Assembly (NCBI GenBank): GCA_051294905.1
Contig: CM119383.1
Coordinates: 10,168,001-10,232,000, forward strand
Length of the DNA: 64,000 bases
Origin: Botryllus schlosseri
Lineage: Eukaryota
Direction: 5' to 3'
This document shows, piece by piece, positions 50,441 through 62,598 of the stretch. The translations under genes and the position numbers were made by a program. The first letter of the stretch is position 1. Each line of letters opens with the position of its first letter. Below the pieces are notes generated by a model that was not told the origin of the DNA, did not search any database, and was given only the letters and a program-made list of their open reading frames with translations.

Positions 50441-53400
50441 ACTATAAATTTGTTGTGCACTTTTAATTCCTAAGCTCTAAATACAAATGTTGTGATCATA
50501 AATTTCACGTATATATTTTCAGATCAGGAATGTCCTTTTGGACCACAATAAACCGCACAACTATATACAATTGACTATTTTAACCCATCTGGTGTGTGAG
50601 AACATAATACCATAAAGAACAATGGCCCCATTTTTGGAAGGAGGGTTTAAAACTTAAACGAAGAAAACCGACTGATGATCTGATGATCATATTTAAATTT
50701 GATAAGAGACACGAGACGAAAGCGCAATTAGTAGCTAGCTCATTCGGATCCATTTTCGGGTGACACAAGACCACGCCAGGAAGCACCAAAAATGTATTTC
50801 CGTTGAGATTTCATACTAAAAGCGCAAAACTTATCTTTACAATGATTGAGCATATGACACGCTGAACCTTTGAAAACTTATCAACACTCGATACTTCACA
50901 ATACAAGTTTTGCAAACATTCAGATAGGCCTACTCAAAAAAGGAAATTAAAAAATGCGCAACACTCTATGCACAGTTGCACACACTTTATCAAATCTCTA
51001 TATATGTTTAATAGGGTTGTTCAGATTTGAAAAATTGTCAGGAAAACAAGCCGATGTCAACCGTGCAACCAATACATGATTCCCATGAACATTATTGACA
51101 GGTTGTGCAGATCAAAACGGAGATGCATGTGGCCTTATAGGACTGCATTCAAGTACAATTTTGCAAAAATATCTTTATTGCGATATCTCATCTCTACACG
51201 GCCGTTTTCAACTGATAACGTCACAAAAGCAATAAACCGGTGTCATGGTCAACACTACAGATCAAGTAGTAAGAAGAATTGCCCCGTGGATCTTTGGGGG
51301 CTTTTCGGGGATAGAAGATCACGATGAAGATGACCGAAATTGCTCATAAAAGTGTTTTTATGTACTAAACCATCATTTGGATCACAAGCATCGAAGTTTC
51401 CTGGCAATTTTTCAAATCTGAATAACCCTAATGTTTAATATGGTAATGCGCATAACGCGTTCGATTTCGATGTCATTACAGCAATTAGACTTGAGTACTA
51501 TAGCCGTAGAAAAACCGGCTTCGCACATGTACGATGTTAGACGGCAAAATAACACTGGGATCTGGAGGGTCCACGGGTTGAAATTCAGACCCAGCCTTAT
51601 CCCTACGTCTATATTGAGAGCTTTTGAAAGGAAAATTTGATGAAATGCCACGAATGGTGTTAGGGTTTGTATCCAAGTCAAACTGCATTTGTGGCATTCA
51701 TGAGGGCTCTAATAAACTGACAACCGAACACGTTAGAAGCGAGAGGAGGATTTTTCCAATCTTTGAACTTATTCGTACATTCGCTGACTATGAGTGTAAT
51801 GCGCTGGAATCCTCTATACACAAAGGAGAGCCGTCAAAATACAACTTGCACATGTCGACACAGACAACCGTGGAACGAGTTTAGGTACCGCTGGCCTAGA
51901 CCCATAAATAGACTTCAATAAACATTGAACAATGGATTTATGAATTATACTTCAAACATTTCTCTATATTTTCCAACTGGCTGCATAACATCGTGTCTCT
52001 TAGTGGCAATGTAGAGTCGGAGCGGTAATGCAACACGCGGCGTGATGGATTGATGTACTATTGTATTGCAGATACCCGCCGCTCTCAGCGGTCAGATAGT
52101 AATCAAAGACACCAATGAAGATATTTGAGGAACGAATGAACGGAGGCGCTATCACCAAATCGTATCATAAATGGCCGCTGTCACGGCGAAAGGCCCGGAT
52201 CACGAATTCAAAATCGAGACCACGGCCTGAACCAATATGTCTGCATAGTCAGAGTCATACGCAGTATTCGATATGCCTTGATACAAAATGGATGATACCT
52301 GACACATAGGATTTCGCCGTAATCAATTATACTCCCGCAGGTGCCGATCTGACATTTTCTTGGACGGGAGCATTTATTGACATATTGACACTGATTTCAA
52401 TAATGCGCCGCGATATTGTGGGATTATAGTTACGGAATATTACCGCGCTGGCATAACCAAAACACACCGCTCACGAGAAATAAAACTCGCGCACTTAATC
52501 CAAACAATATCAAGTCTTCCGACGCATGACGCGATACGGGCTAGCGAATTACGGCCCGAATCGCGGAAGACAATTAAATTTCGCGAAACATTCCCAAACA
52601 AATACTACTCTTCGGATTTGTTGCCAGTCAAACAATAAGATTACGGTAGAGTATCGTGTCCGCAACACCAGCGATGGAAGTAATTTCGACTCGAATTAGA
52701 GGCATATTTACGCAGTGAGCCATCGGCCCCGGCCTCGCGCGCGACAGAGATGGAGAGCCAAGCTCGCGCTGCTGGCACGCAAGTATATGGTATTATGACT
52801 CAAAGTATTTATGTGTTGTCAGGATTAACCGATTAGCGTGTCTGTGCCGCCACCAAAACGGCGGACAGAGTTGGCCGCCACATTAGTGCGGGGTTGTGAA
52901 GATACACAGGCTGTTTTTCTTCTTTGCGGAAGCGAAAATTGACTTGGAAACCGCAAAAATTCGTAATAACACCGCCCTGCGCGGACGGGGTCAAGATTAA
53001 TCGCGACAGCATTAACGGAACTTCTAATGGGCCGTTCTTTTCAAGCCGCTCGGCGATAACGATCGATTAGGTTTGTTCTGCGATTCGATAAGCACATTTT
53101 GACGCGGCCTAATCTCACGTCACATCGCCGCTATGACGTCAGATCGGCGAGTGCGTGTATTTCGGATAACGAGTGTTTTGTCAATGATTTAAGTAGCGCG
53201 ATTGCTCGCGCTGAGACAACACCGGCTACATTTTGGAGCGGTCGTATTTTTGTGATTTGAAGACAATATGGTGCATTAACGCAAATTTACATTCTTGAAA
53301 ACCAGAAAAGAAACACAAATTTGTTTGAGGTCATCATATTAAAATGATGAATGATTCACAAAAACAGGATTTAATACTATACATAACATGATATAAGATT

Positions 53401-53514
53401 TAGAGCGATATTACCTGAAAACAGATTGTAACCTGATGTTCGTATGCGAGTGAATAGCACAATTTGTGGGAACTATGCGTATGAGCAATTGCGCATAAGA
53501 ATTCGCGTTGACAG

Positions 53515-53639
53515 GTTTAGGTCCCAGATTGGCAAAGCGCCATACGATATCTTTCGGACAAATTCAAGAACACATGCGCCATGCACGCACGATCGAATAT
53601 CTTGCAGATGACGAAGTCCCAGATCGCAAGGTTGAATGA
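53515..53639 (+). CDS. Candidate terminal exon, phase-compatible with the RIIa gene
   Basis: gacag|(G)LGPRLAKRHTISFGQIQEHMRHARTIEYLADDEVPDRKVE*; phase-1 entry, protein-like composition; linkage to the RIIa gene is unproven. Confidence 0.35.
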
Positions 53640-54696
53640 TTTTTTGACACCTGTCTTTCCATCGCTGACATTCTCCCATATTGTGGTAGTAAAACTAGGC
53701 TACGGTGTTTACGGAGTTATTCAAGTAGCCAGCGTCGAAAAGACGTTCTTACCGAACCATCACACTCACATCGAAGTGTTGTAAAGTCGCGTGTCCGCTG
53801 AGCCCCGCGCCACTTGAAGCAATCGACCGAAATTGCCCGGGAAAGGGTTTGTTTTGCTTGTTATACACATCAGCCCCCATCAAATTAAACAGGGCTCTGT
53901 TTTCTGTTTCGTTTGCTTGACGTGTTTTGTTTTGTATGTATAGGGTGAGCAAACCCGGCTAAAATCCAAACAGCGATTCTACGTAATGCGATTTCGACGG
54001 TGCAGGGGGATCGGGCGTAGCTTTTCAGAAATTTATGACTGGTTCGACCGGGTCGTTAACTTTTGGGAACGATGTGCAAAATATGCGCGGCATTTAGTTG
54101 TACGCCGATGGGTCATCGTTATACCAAGCGTGCGCCCGATACAGGCGTAGCAAGCTGGAGATGACATGTGACTATCGTGGCCTGCAAAAGATCAGTGGCA
54201 GCTGGTGGTCAGCATTGGTGCATCGTTATTTGAGGTCATCGGATTACGATTTTTCGGGTTCCGGATCCAATCCTGTTCGATAGAATAGTATTCTGATCCG
54301 ATCCGGGTGCTGTTTTCGTCCCTAATGTCAAAATCCGGATCCGAAGCAAATCTTGGTACAGTCCTAAGTCCATAATTGGGTGTGTATTTACAGACCCTGT
54401 CGTCTATAATTTTATAATGATACTTCGGAAGTGCATTCTGGTTTGCTGTCAAGGGTGTAACGAAGTTGTGGTGCAATGCAGAAGCCTCCTGAGTCCAAGT
54501 TTATTCAAAGATTGGAGGAAAACACAAAAGACACTTTCACGAATTGGAAATTCAAAACCTTGGCCCGATCAGGCAGTACAGGAACTATAACAAAAATACG
54601 AAATCTATCCTGTTCCAGAGGAACTTTCCAGATTCCGGTCGGTTCAAAATTTGAAATCTAGCACATATATGATCCATTCACGCGATTAGCTTCTTA

Positions 54697-55026
54697 CGGT
54701 TCCATACTATTACCGAGAATGCTATTACCGAGAATGGAATTTACCGAGAACGGACATAACCGAGAATGAACATTACCGAGAATAGCCATTGGCCAATGCC
54801 AAGAATCTATCTTACTGGGACGGACGCTGTCGAGAAATTTATATCTGAGAATCGATACCGAATGTGGCAACGCCGTGATGCACACACACGACCTGTTCAT
54901 ATGCATACCATGCCTGCATTGCATATATTGCATTCTCAGTAATGTCCATTCTCTGTGGTGTCCATTCTCGGTATTGTCCTTCTCGGTAATAGCATTCTCG
55001 GTAATAGCATTCTCGGTATTGACCGG
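54697..55026. mobile_element. Miniature inverted-repeat element with tandem 15-16-bp ATTACCGAGAATG units
   Basis: About 5 units on the left and about 6 inverted units (CATTCTCGGTAAT) on the right around a ~150-bp core; no clear TSD. Confidence 0.75.
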
Positions 55027-55149
55027 ACACCACTAACGACAGACACGTGGCCGCTAACGGCCATATCGTATGTTTACTAGTACCCGCTACGGGTCGCTCA
55101 ATACGCCAACAATTGTAGTTTCCAGCCGTGGTATTTTGTACGAAAGATT

Positions 55150-55295
55150 TTGTCTGTTTTGGGGTATTCATGGTGTTTGTCGACTACTATGGTCATTTAC
55201 ACCAGGCCGATATTCTTCTTATTTTCCGTAACTGCCGACTTATAGCACGGCCCACCTCTAGGCTTTTGTAAGACACCGCTGACGCGGATGAGGTG
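55150..55295 (-). mobile_element. Same SINE family, 5'-truncated copy
   Basis: Shared body and tail motifs as above. Confidence 0.75.
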
Positions 55296-56430
55296 TACGA
55301 AAGTCATTGCTGAATAAATGCTGCGCGACCAGATCAAGTAACTGCCCGGACGCCATGAAGATGAGCTGTGTCACGTGACGGAAACCTGATACCGTGTCAT
55401 CTCGGGTGCGCGGTGAGCACGCAGATTAAGATATCAAAGAACCCTTGTAGTGGTCGCCATCTCGCGGAAAGGTTAAACTTCGCACTCCTTGCTCAGCGAC
55501 CGTAAACTCGCTTTACTAACATTGTTCACGGTGTTGGGTTTCAAGTTTTGAAACGTCATGTACACACTGAACGCGGTCGAAATATCTTTACGAAGAATAA
55601 GCTTTGAAAATTTACCTAATTCCCGCTGATAAAACGTGACATGCATTATTTATTTGGCGGCTATATCAAAAGGAGAAGAAATCGAACGCCTTGCTGTTTA
55701 CTGCCCGAATAGTCGATTCGTAATCGAATCCTTTTGATCTGGCCTAAGTAACAAACGTGGTCAAAGTTGCTACTCAAGTAGAAGGCCGTATATTTCTGCT
55801 GAATTAAAAGCACAAGTAGCAATTTCAAAGACATATAGACAATGATGAGCTGAAAAGTACTGAAGTAGTTTCAAAAAGTACATAGTATATTTGTTCGATG
55901 GGTCGCAAACTGTTAGCCAGTTATCCAGAGGTGACTTCTTTCGAAATGACAAGCTTCATCTTCGCGACTAAAGCAAAAAGAGCAATGAGGGGGTCAATAT
56001 TCGTAGGCCCCGCCAATGACACTACAAAAGGTGCAGTTTTTGAAAATATATGCAGTCGCCACGACATTGCTGCTCGTCCGCCCAGTTGTCATGAGAATTT
56101 CAACCATAAAAGTGATTCAAGTATAAGGTTTTCCCCCAAACTACATGTTTTTCTTAAAAAAAAGTGTTAGCTAGAGGTGGAGGTACTCTACAAACGTAAC
56201 CAGTTGACTATAAGTAGTACTAGTAGGCAAAACCTAGTTCAGAACTTGGAAAAAGTAAAAGTACTTCTTACTGACCACCTCTGCTACGTAGTCACTTGAA
56301 TACTAGTAAAGCAGAAGCTGAGGCACTATCCGTTTGACTTTTGTCCAGATGTTATTTGAAGGGTGCCCGCGGAGAGTTTAAAAGCTAAACCTCCAGTACA
56401 CGAGAAAAAATTTGAAAAGTATATAATGAG

Positions 56431-57261
56431 TGGGGCGATATTTTTTTGACCTCAAGAACCGGAAGATTTTGACCTTGAAAAACTAAATTTTGACCTCATG
56501 TATGTCAATTACGTGTTCTCCCACAAAATGTTAGGATTGTACTATTCATCTTCATTTCTGGTTGGAACTGTCTGTGCTTACGAAGTACTTTGGCCTGAAA
56601 AAACTTTTTTGACTTCGAAACTGACAAATTTTTACATGAAAAAATTATATTTTAACGAAATCTGAACCTATGAAGAATTCCAGTAGTTGCATCACGCATT
56701 ATGGTAGAAATAATTAATATATGTCGTAGTACAACGAAAGATACTCTCCAACATTCTCGGGTAGTATGTCTCTGTATTTATTAAGTAGCTTGCCAAGAAT
56801 GGAGAAAGAACGTTAACAGCAGCAGTTGCTGGCTGGCAACCCTGAAGTTGTGCGTACACTGCTGGTGACACACCGTGTTGCTTCATTCTGACAATGTTGT
56901 CTACATCACAATTTTTCATCATGCGCTTCTTGATATAAAAACTAATGCCCGCGAAGTGTTGCTTCAGTTAGGATATTGCGGTACGTTGAGCATAACACCA
57001 TGTCAGCCAATTTGTTTCATTTGACCGTTTATGATTCACAATGAGCAGACAATGGGCCGTCTACAACGGTAGACCTATAAACCATAAAGTAGGCTATAAG
57101 CAGTAAAATGTCAAATGATTAGTTCACCGACAGTGCAAATATCTACGATACAGGTTGCAAAAATTTTTTGACTTTGTAAACAATTTTAACAATTCTGGGA
57201 CCTAACGCTACAATTTTTACCCAATGTTGACTTCTTCTGACATGTCAAAAAAATCGCCCTA
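56431..57261 (+). mobile_element. hAT-type MITE family B, copy with intact TSD
   Basis: TIR T(G)GGGCGAT / ATCGCCCTA, perfect 8-bp TSD ATAATGAG; internal sequence aligns with copies at 37446-38268 and 49360-49866. Confidence 0.88.
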
Positions 57262-57401
57262 ATAATGAGCGAAAGTAAGAAATGTGTCTCGGTTACGTGA
57301 CGAATATCCATCGTGACGTGGTTTGAAACGGAAAATTTGGAGGGAGCACTGGCCCCTTTCCCTTCCCTTGTCCACGCCCCTGAATCTGTACATGTCATTT
57401 G

Positions 57402-58157
57402 ATGGTGCAGCAGATACATCTCCGAAGCAACAGAGACCAAGGCCGATTCATCAACGTACTGTTATCACTTGTCAAAATGCGACAGGTAAATAACCACGCT
57501 GACACGTCGAAAACTGTTGCGAAACAATCAGACAGAACTAGAGATAAGCCGATTGAGGACATAACTCGAGTGGTCATACTTCACTGTGGAGCAGTGGGTC
57601 TCAACTCTTTTACATTGGTGTCCTGTATAATTCAAAACAAATTTTGCGGACCGGTGAACCTTCAAGAATCATCAATAACCCGAAATGTAATTGGAGAAAT
57701 GTACGGAGCTCAAAAGAAAGTATTGAAACTTCTAACATCTAATGAGAAATTTATTGCTGCCCTTGTAACATTACACGCTTTATACGTTATTCTGTTGACT
57801 TTTCTGCAAGGCAAAGCCCTCTTAAATACCACTGATTTAATTTTGATTATTCGGTTTCTTTTTATAGAACCGCGAGTTTGCTTTTTTGCTAGCCTCTACT
57901 TCCAAATGTCGCTGTATTGTACTGTCAAAATACAACGAATTTCGTCCAAAAACATTATTAGCTTCACATATAGGCTAATTTTAAACACTTGCAACATTGT
58001 GATGAACGATACGTCTAAATTATACCAGGAACTCTATATTACAACACGATATAGAAAAATACGTTCCAAATATGTAGATCAATCTCAAATTCGATATTTC
58101 ATCTCGCTAATTTATGGAAAAGGGTCAAACTTCTTGCATTTTGCAATTGAGGTGTAG
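57402..58157 (+). CDS. Orphan 251-aa ORF with hydrophobic segments
   Basis: ATG 57402 to TAG 58157, uninterrupted in AT-rich sequence; no domain recognised. Confidence 0.25.
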   Translation: MVQQIHLRSNRDQGRFINVLLSLVKMRQVNNHADTSKTVAKQSDRTRDKPIEDITRVVILHCGAVGLNSFTLVSCIIQNKFCGPVNLQESSITRNVIGEMYGAQKKVLKLLTSNEKFIAALVTLHALYVILLTFLQGKALLNTTDLILIIRFLFIEPRVCFFASLYFQMSLYCTVKIQRISSKNIISFTYRLILNTCNIVMNDTSKLYQELYITTRYRKIRSKYVDQSQIRYFISLIYGKGSNFLHFAIEV

Positions 58158-60318
58158 AAATACAACATACTTGGCAGGAAATTTGACGCTGGTCGGCGGT
58201 TGAGAACCATGCAATGCTATAGAGAACCTTTGCTGATGATATACGCTCACAGTGATATCGATTTGCATCAACAACGCCCGATACTTTGGTGGAATATCAA
58301 TGAAATCACCCGAGATACCAAGAAGCGATGTACGCGATTTCTGCGTATATATAAGGCGACGATTTCGCGTGTAATATTCCTTGAAAGACTCAGAAACCAA
58401 CTAGCTCCAAGTACGTGAAATTTTTCCTCTCACTTTCGCAAGCGCGATCGTCGGCAAGAGAAGACACAAACAAGCGACGCATAGCGCGACAGCATTATCC
58501 AGCGCAAGAAAACAAACACCCGTCTCGAGATTTTACTGAACCGTCAAAATCAGGAGGCAAAATCTAGGTCCTAACCACAAGCTTATTCGATTTGATTTCG
58601 CAAAGTCTACAATAACAAACACGACAAAAGATACTTCCAGATATCCACTATCACTTGGGAAACATATCTTCCTGTCTTTTTGCCTGCGCGTCAGTTTATT
58701 TCCTCTTCATGCCCGCCGATTTCATGTGAAAAGTATTTTATTGGTGAATTATAACACCGTCGTTTTAAGGAGGCTATTTCAATGAATTCACAGGTAATCA
58801 GCGTCATATTGTTTTCAATAATTAGCAATCTCTTCATCCATACTCTATCACGGGCCCTTCTGAAGATGAAAACGCGAGAATAATATACATAAATCTCTCT
58901 TCAGGCATGCACGGAACACAATGTTTGGTGGCGGCGAAGTGGCGAAATTTGCCACCGTAAATAGAATACTATTATTTGAAGAACGGTAAAAATTTCAATC
59001 CGGGATGGCGCGGTTTCTTCTGGTCGGAATTAAGTCAAATTTTGTGGGCCGTGCTTTTTAGGCATCTGAACAATTTAATCATTATGAAAGTGAATTTTTT
59101 GGGAAAAGTTTTTTTGAACAGCCAGTTTATACAAGACAAGTACAAGGTCTTTTCCGCGCGCGGACAAGTCACGAGCCCTAAAGAATTTCCAGCGCGGCCG
59201 ACTGTGACGCACAATCGCAAATATATTTACAAATATTTAGACCGCTTGTTTATGGTCGCGGGCGAAACGATTCGCGCTTCAAAAGGCCCGCGCGGTGTCG
59301 CGGTCCAAATATTTAGATCGGGCGCCGATTTCGGCGGCGCAGGGGCCTGAAACTCATGCCGCCGCGTTTCTCACGATGTCGGAGCGCAACAATGGCATCA
59401 TTGTATCCGATGTTCCGTGTTTATCGCAGAGAGAGCATGACTGATGTACACCAACGTTTGAGAGGCTATGAAAATATACGGGCGGTTTACAAAAAACGCG
59501 CGGTCTTCTTATTAAACTGATATCGACGGGCGTTATCGGGTTTATATCAAATTTTTGGCGATGCTTACATCTGCTAACAATGTCGCGCGTTGCGATATTG
59601 CGAGGCGATTTTGATAATTATTATAATCCGTCGGCCGTCCACGCGACAACACGTTGCGTCGTAAGTTGAGATTAATCTGCAAAGCAGATAGATTACCACC
59701 ACTTAGAGAGATAATCTTTCGTTTGCTTAGAGATTGCGCAGTGCGCTGCGGGTTTGCTCGTAAGCGCTTTCTCACAACGACCATGCAATACGCGCTTGCG
59801 AGTTGATATGCGTACGCGTCTAGGATATTTTGATTCCGGAACGTAATCCGTGTTGAATTCGCAATGTGCAATGACTCGATTCCAAGTCCAGTCAATATAC
59901 ACAGATTGACTCGAGTCGAGTCGAGTCATTTCCGTACTTGGAGAAAATGACTCGAGACAAGTCGGGTCATCAGAAAATCGTGACTCGAGTCGGACTCGAG
60001 TCATTACAACCCTGGTATATTCATATTGAAATATAACTGTTTATTTTCGGATGATACTCGTCAGCAATCAGCAATATCAACAATCGCATCACCAAATATG
60101 GCCGAATTGAATATACTATTCTATTGTATACCGAAATTCTGTATCTCCAAGTGTCTCAAAGTTAAAAGGTAAGTAATTGCCTAAAATCTGTTCAAGTAGA
60201 AGTGGAAGTAGCTAAAAAATATAACCACTTTGGTAAATGGAACAAGTACTCGGAGTACTCAGAAAGAGTGAGAGTTACTTAGTTGTTAACAAACGACCTC
60301 TGCTTCCAACCCACCCAC

Positions 60319-60450
60319 CTTCGACTGCGTACACTTCGAATCAAATAAGAACCGCGGTCGCATGTAGACGGAATGCGCCAGCAATGCTTCTTGCAGCTCC
60401 TGAGTGACAGCGTTGCGGCTCCACCTGCTCCGAATTACGCTGCTTCCTCG
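60319..60450 (-). CDS. C2-domain protein, exon D (post-C2 region)
   Basis: After a 59-nt intron: RGSSVIRSRWSRNAVTQELQEALLAHSVYMRPRFLFDSKCTQSK|gtgggt; 132 nt, phase 0/0, open frame. The next exon is uncertain (candidate 59569-59676). Confidence 0.65.
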
Positions 60451-60509
60451 CTAAACGGCGACGTAACGACTGTTGTGAATGGTACGGTGATACTAGCGAA
60501 GGTGCGTAC

Positions 60510-60633
60510 CAAGTCTGACAGACGAAAAGTGCCCTCGTATCCGCGCATGAGGTCGATCGCGTCCAAATCGATGTGGCATTCGCCCAGGTAAGATTCGTCT
60601 CTCTTCGCGTCGGACACCACAATCACCAAATGT
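60510..60633 (-). CDS. C2-domain protein, exon C
   Basis: cacag|HLVIVVSDAKRDESYLGECHIDLDAIDLMRGYEGTFRLSDL|gtacgc completes the C2 fold (LxIxVxD...LGE..IDL); phases match exons B and D. Confidence 0.82.
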
Positions 60634-61284
60634 CTGTGGCGGTTGGTAAAGATTCAGAGGTCGTCAACGGACAGTACAGCTTAAGAATATGTAGAAATAT
60701 TGTGGCAGATTTGAAAATGAAGGTCTGAATAGTATACTCGAATAAGTACTTCTCAAGAAGTAGATCGCAGTGAGATGGTCGCGGGGTCACAAACCTATTT
60801 AGCTGTTCATCGGGGGTGGCTTTGTGTTTGAAATTGCTAATTGTTTCTTTGCGTTTAACGCGAAATGAACAATGACACAGTAAACAGGCTGCGCAATCTT
60901 CAAAAATCGATTCAGCGATCGCAATACTGCTGGGTTCTTATCATGACGATTTCAATCACGAAAATGATGCAAACTTATCCCAAAATTTATACTATCAACA
61001 CCAACATGTAAAAAGCGGTTTGGTCTGAAAAAGCTTTGAAGTTGACGGAGAAGTAGACTAAAACATAACCAGTTGATTAAAGTGGCAGTAAGCAAAACCC
61101 TTCTTGGGCATTCCCAAATCGTAGCACTGCATTACTGACTAACTCTGGATAGCTTATGAGAGTATGGCAATAGGCGTAAGCAACATGCAACCAACGTCGT
61201 CTATGCATCGTCTGGAAATTAGCCCTGACCCCCGGTTACGAACTAACAAGTCAGGGATATGTAGAATATATAATTTTTGTATTG

Positions 61285-61500
61285 CTGGTTTGTTTGCTGT
61301 ATTCATGGTATTTGTGACTACTATGGTCATTTAAACCAGGCTGATACTCTTTATTTTTTTATTCCGTAGCTGCTGACTTGTAGCACGGCCCACTTAAAGG
61401 ATTTTTATAAGACACCACTTACACGGATGAGATGGCGAGGAGGAGCCTACATAAACTCCAACACTTAGGTAGGAATGCCGGAGTCGACCTCGGTCGGACC
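61285..61500 (-). mobile_element. Same SINE family, copy in C2-gene intron, truncated at the B box
   Basis: Shared body from GGAGTCGACCTCGGTCGGAC to the tail. Confidence 0.75.
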
Positions 61501-61731
61501 AATTGGATCTACCTTTTGGCGTACAGCCAGAATAGGGCCAGATCCGGAGACAGAAGTCCCTAGATTTTTCAGGTCGGTGTTGAAATTGTCGAGCTCAATT
61601 GTGCTATCATCCCGAATTCGCTTAGAAACTAATCTTAGATCATACTGCGCGTGAATCCCAGAACTTATACCCAAAAAGTTTTTTTGGGGTCAAGGTCGTG
61701 CTGAAATTGCAATCATCGGGTTCGGACCTAC

Positions 61732-61857
61732 CTGTTTGTCAGCTCTTCGCGCGGGACCGGAAAAGTAAAAGTCTCAATCCAAGTATACTCTTCCCCGCCG
61801 CGTACTGGAGTCGTTTGGAAAACGTGCGGAACGCCCGGCAGTACCACTTTCGCAGTT
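61732..61857 (-). CDS. C2-domain protein, exon B
   Basis: After a 69-nt intron: TAKVVLPGVPHVFQTTPVRGGEEYTWIETFTFPVPREELTN(R)|gtaggt; WxETFTF is a C2 motif; 126 nt, phase 2/2. Confidence 0.82.
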
Positions 61858-61926
61858 CTAGGAACGAATTATTAACACGTTCTTGCAGCATCCGTTTTGA
61901 ATTCCACGCATTAAGCATACACTTAC

Positions 61927-62045
61927 AAATGGCTGGCGTCCGTGACTTCACCGACTCCCCTAGCGCTGTTTATAGTAACAATCAAAGATTGTGGCAACTT
62001 AAACGCCAGATGAAGATTAATCTCCCCGCAAATTGATAGGTCGGT
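61927..62045 (-). CDS. C2-domain protein, exon A (upstream exons not identified)
   Basis: ttgttgcag|TDLSICGEINLHLAFKLPQSLIVTINSARGVGEVTDASH(L)|gtaagt; GEIxLxLxF...LIVTI is the start of a synaptotagmin-type C2 domain. Confidence 0.8.
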
Positions 62046-62598
62046 CTGCAACAAAAAGCAGCCATTTCCGATCCGACTCGGGTAACAATTATCGAGCAGA
62101 TAATCACGTTGAGCGCTGCAAGTTTAACGCGTGCCTAAACGTAATCAGATTACTGGTTGTGTGTCGAGTTGGAGATGATTACGGTAGCGATAATACGATA
62201 ACGTGTATCGTTATCAGCGCCGCAAAATTAATTCTCTCGCTGACACCGACGTAAGGTTACATACGCTGCGCGACGCGCGAATGGCAGTATGTTGACTTGT
62301 TCGTGTTACAACTTACTGTAGAAGTTCACCTCTAACCTATGATTCCTTCAATTATGAATAAGGGGCATGGGATGAAAGCTGATCCGTGCGGTGTATCACA
62401 AGGCGTGGTGTATACAGCAGCTGGCTACCACTGTATCAATGTATATCGATTACGATCGCGATCTAGCAATAGTCGATTACGATTACATGGAAAAAGTAAG
62501 CCGATTGATTTCATTGTTCTTCCTTGAAATCGAGCCCAACACATATTTGTATACAGCCATTATAACCACCGAGATAGACATTTCTATACTGCATATGT

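Noticed and set aside
62339-62527. + strand exon-like ORFs ending at a gtaagc donor
   Set aside because: The 3' half is the GATTAC-repeat end of a MITE-like element; no protein motif.
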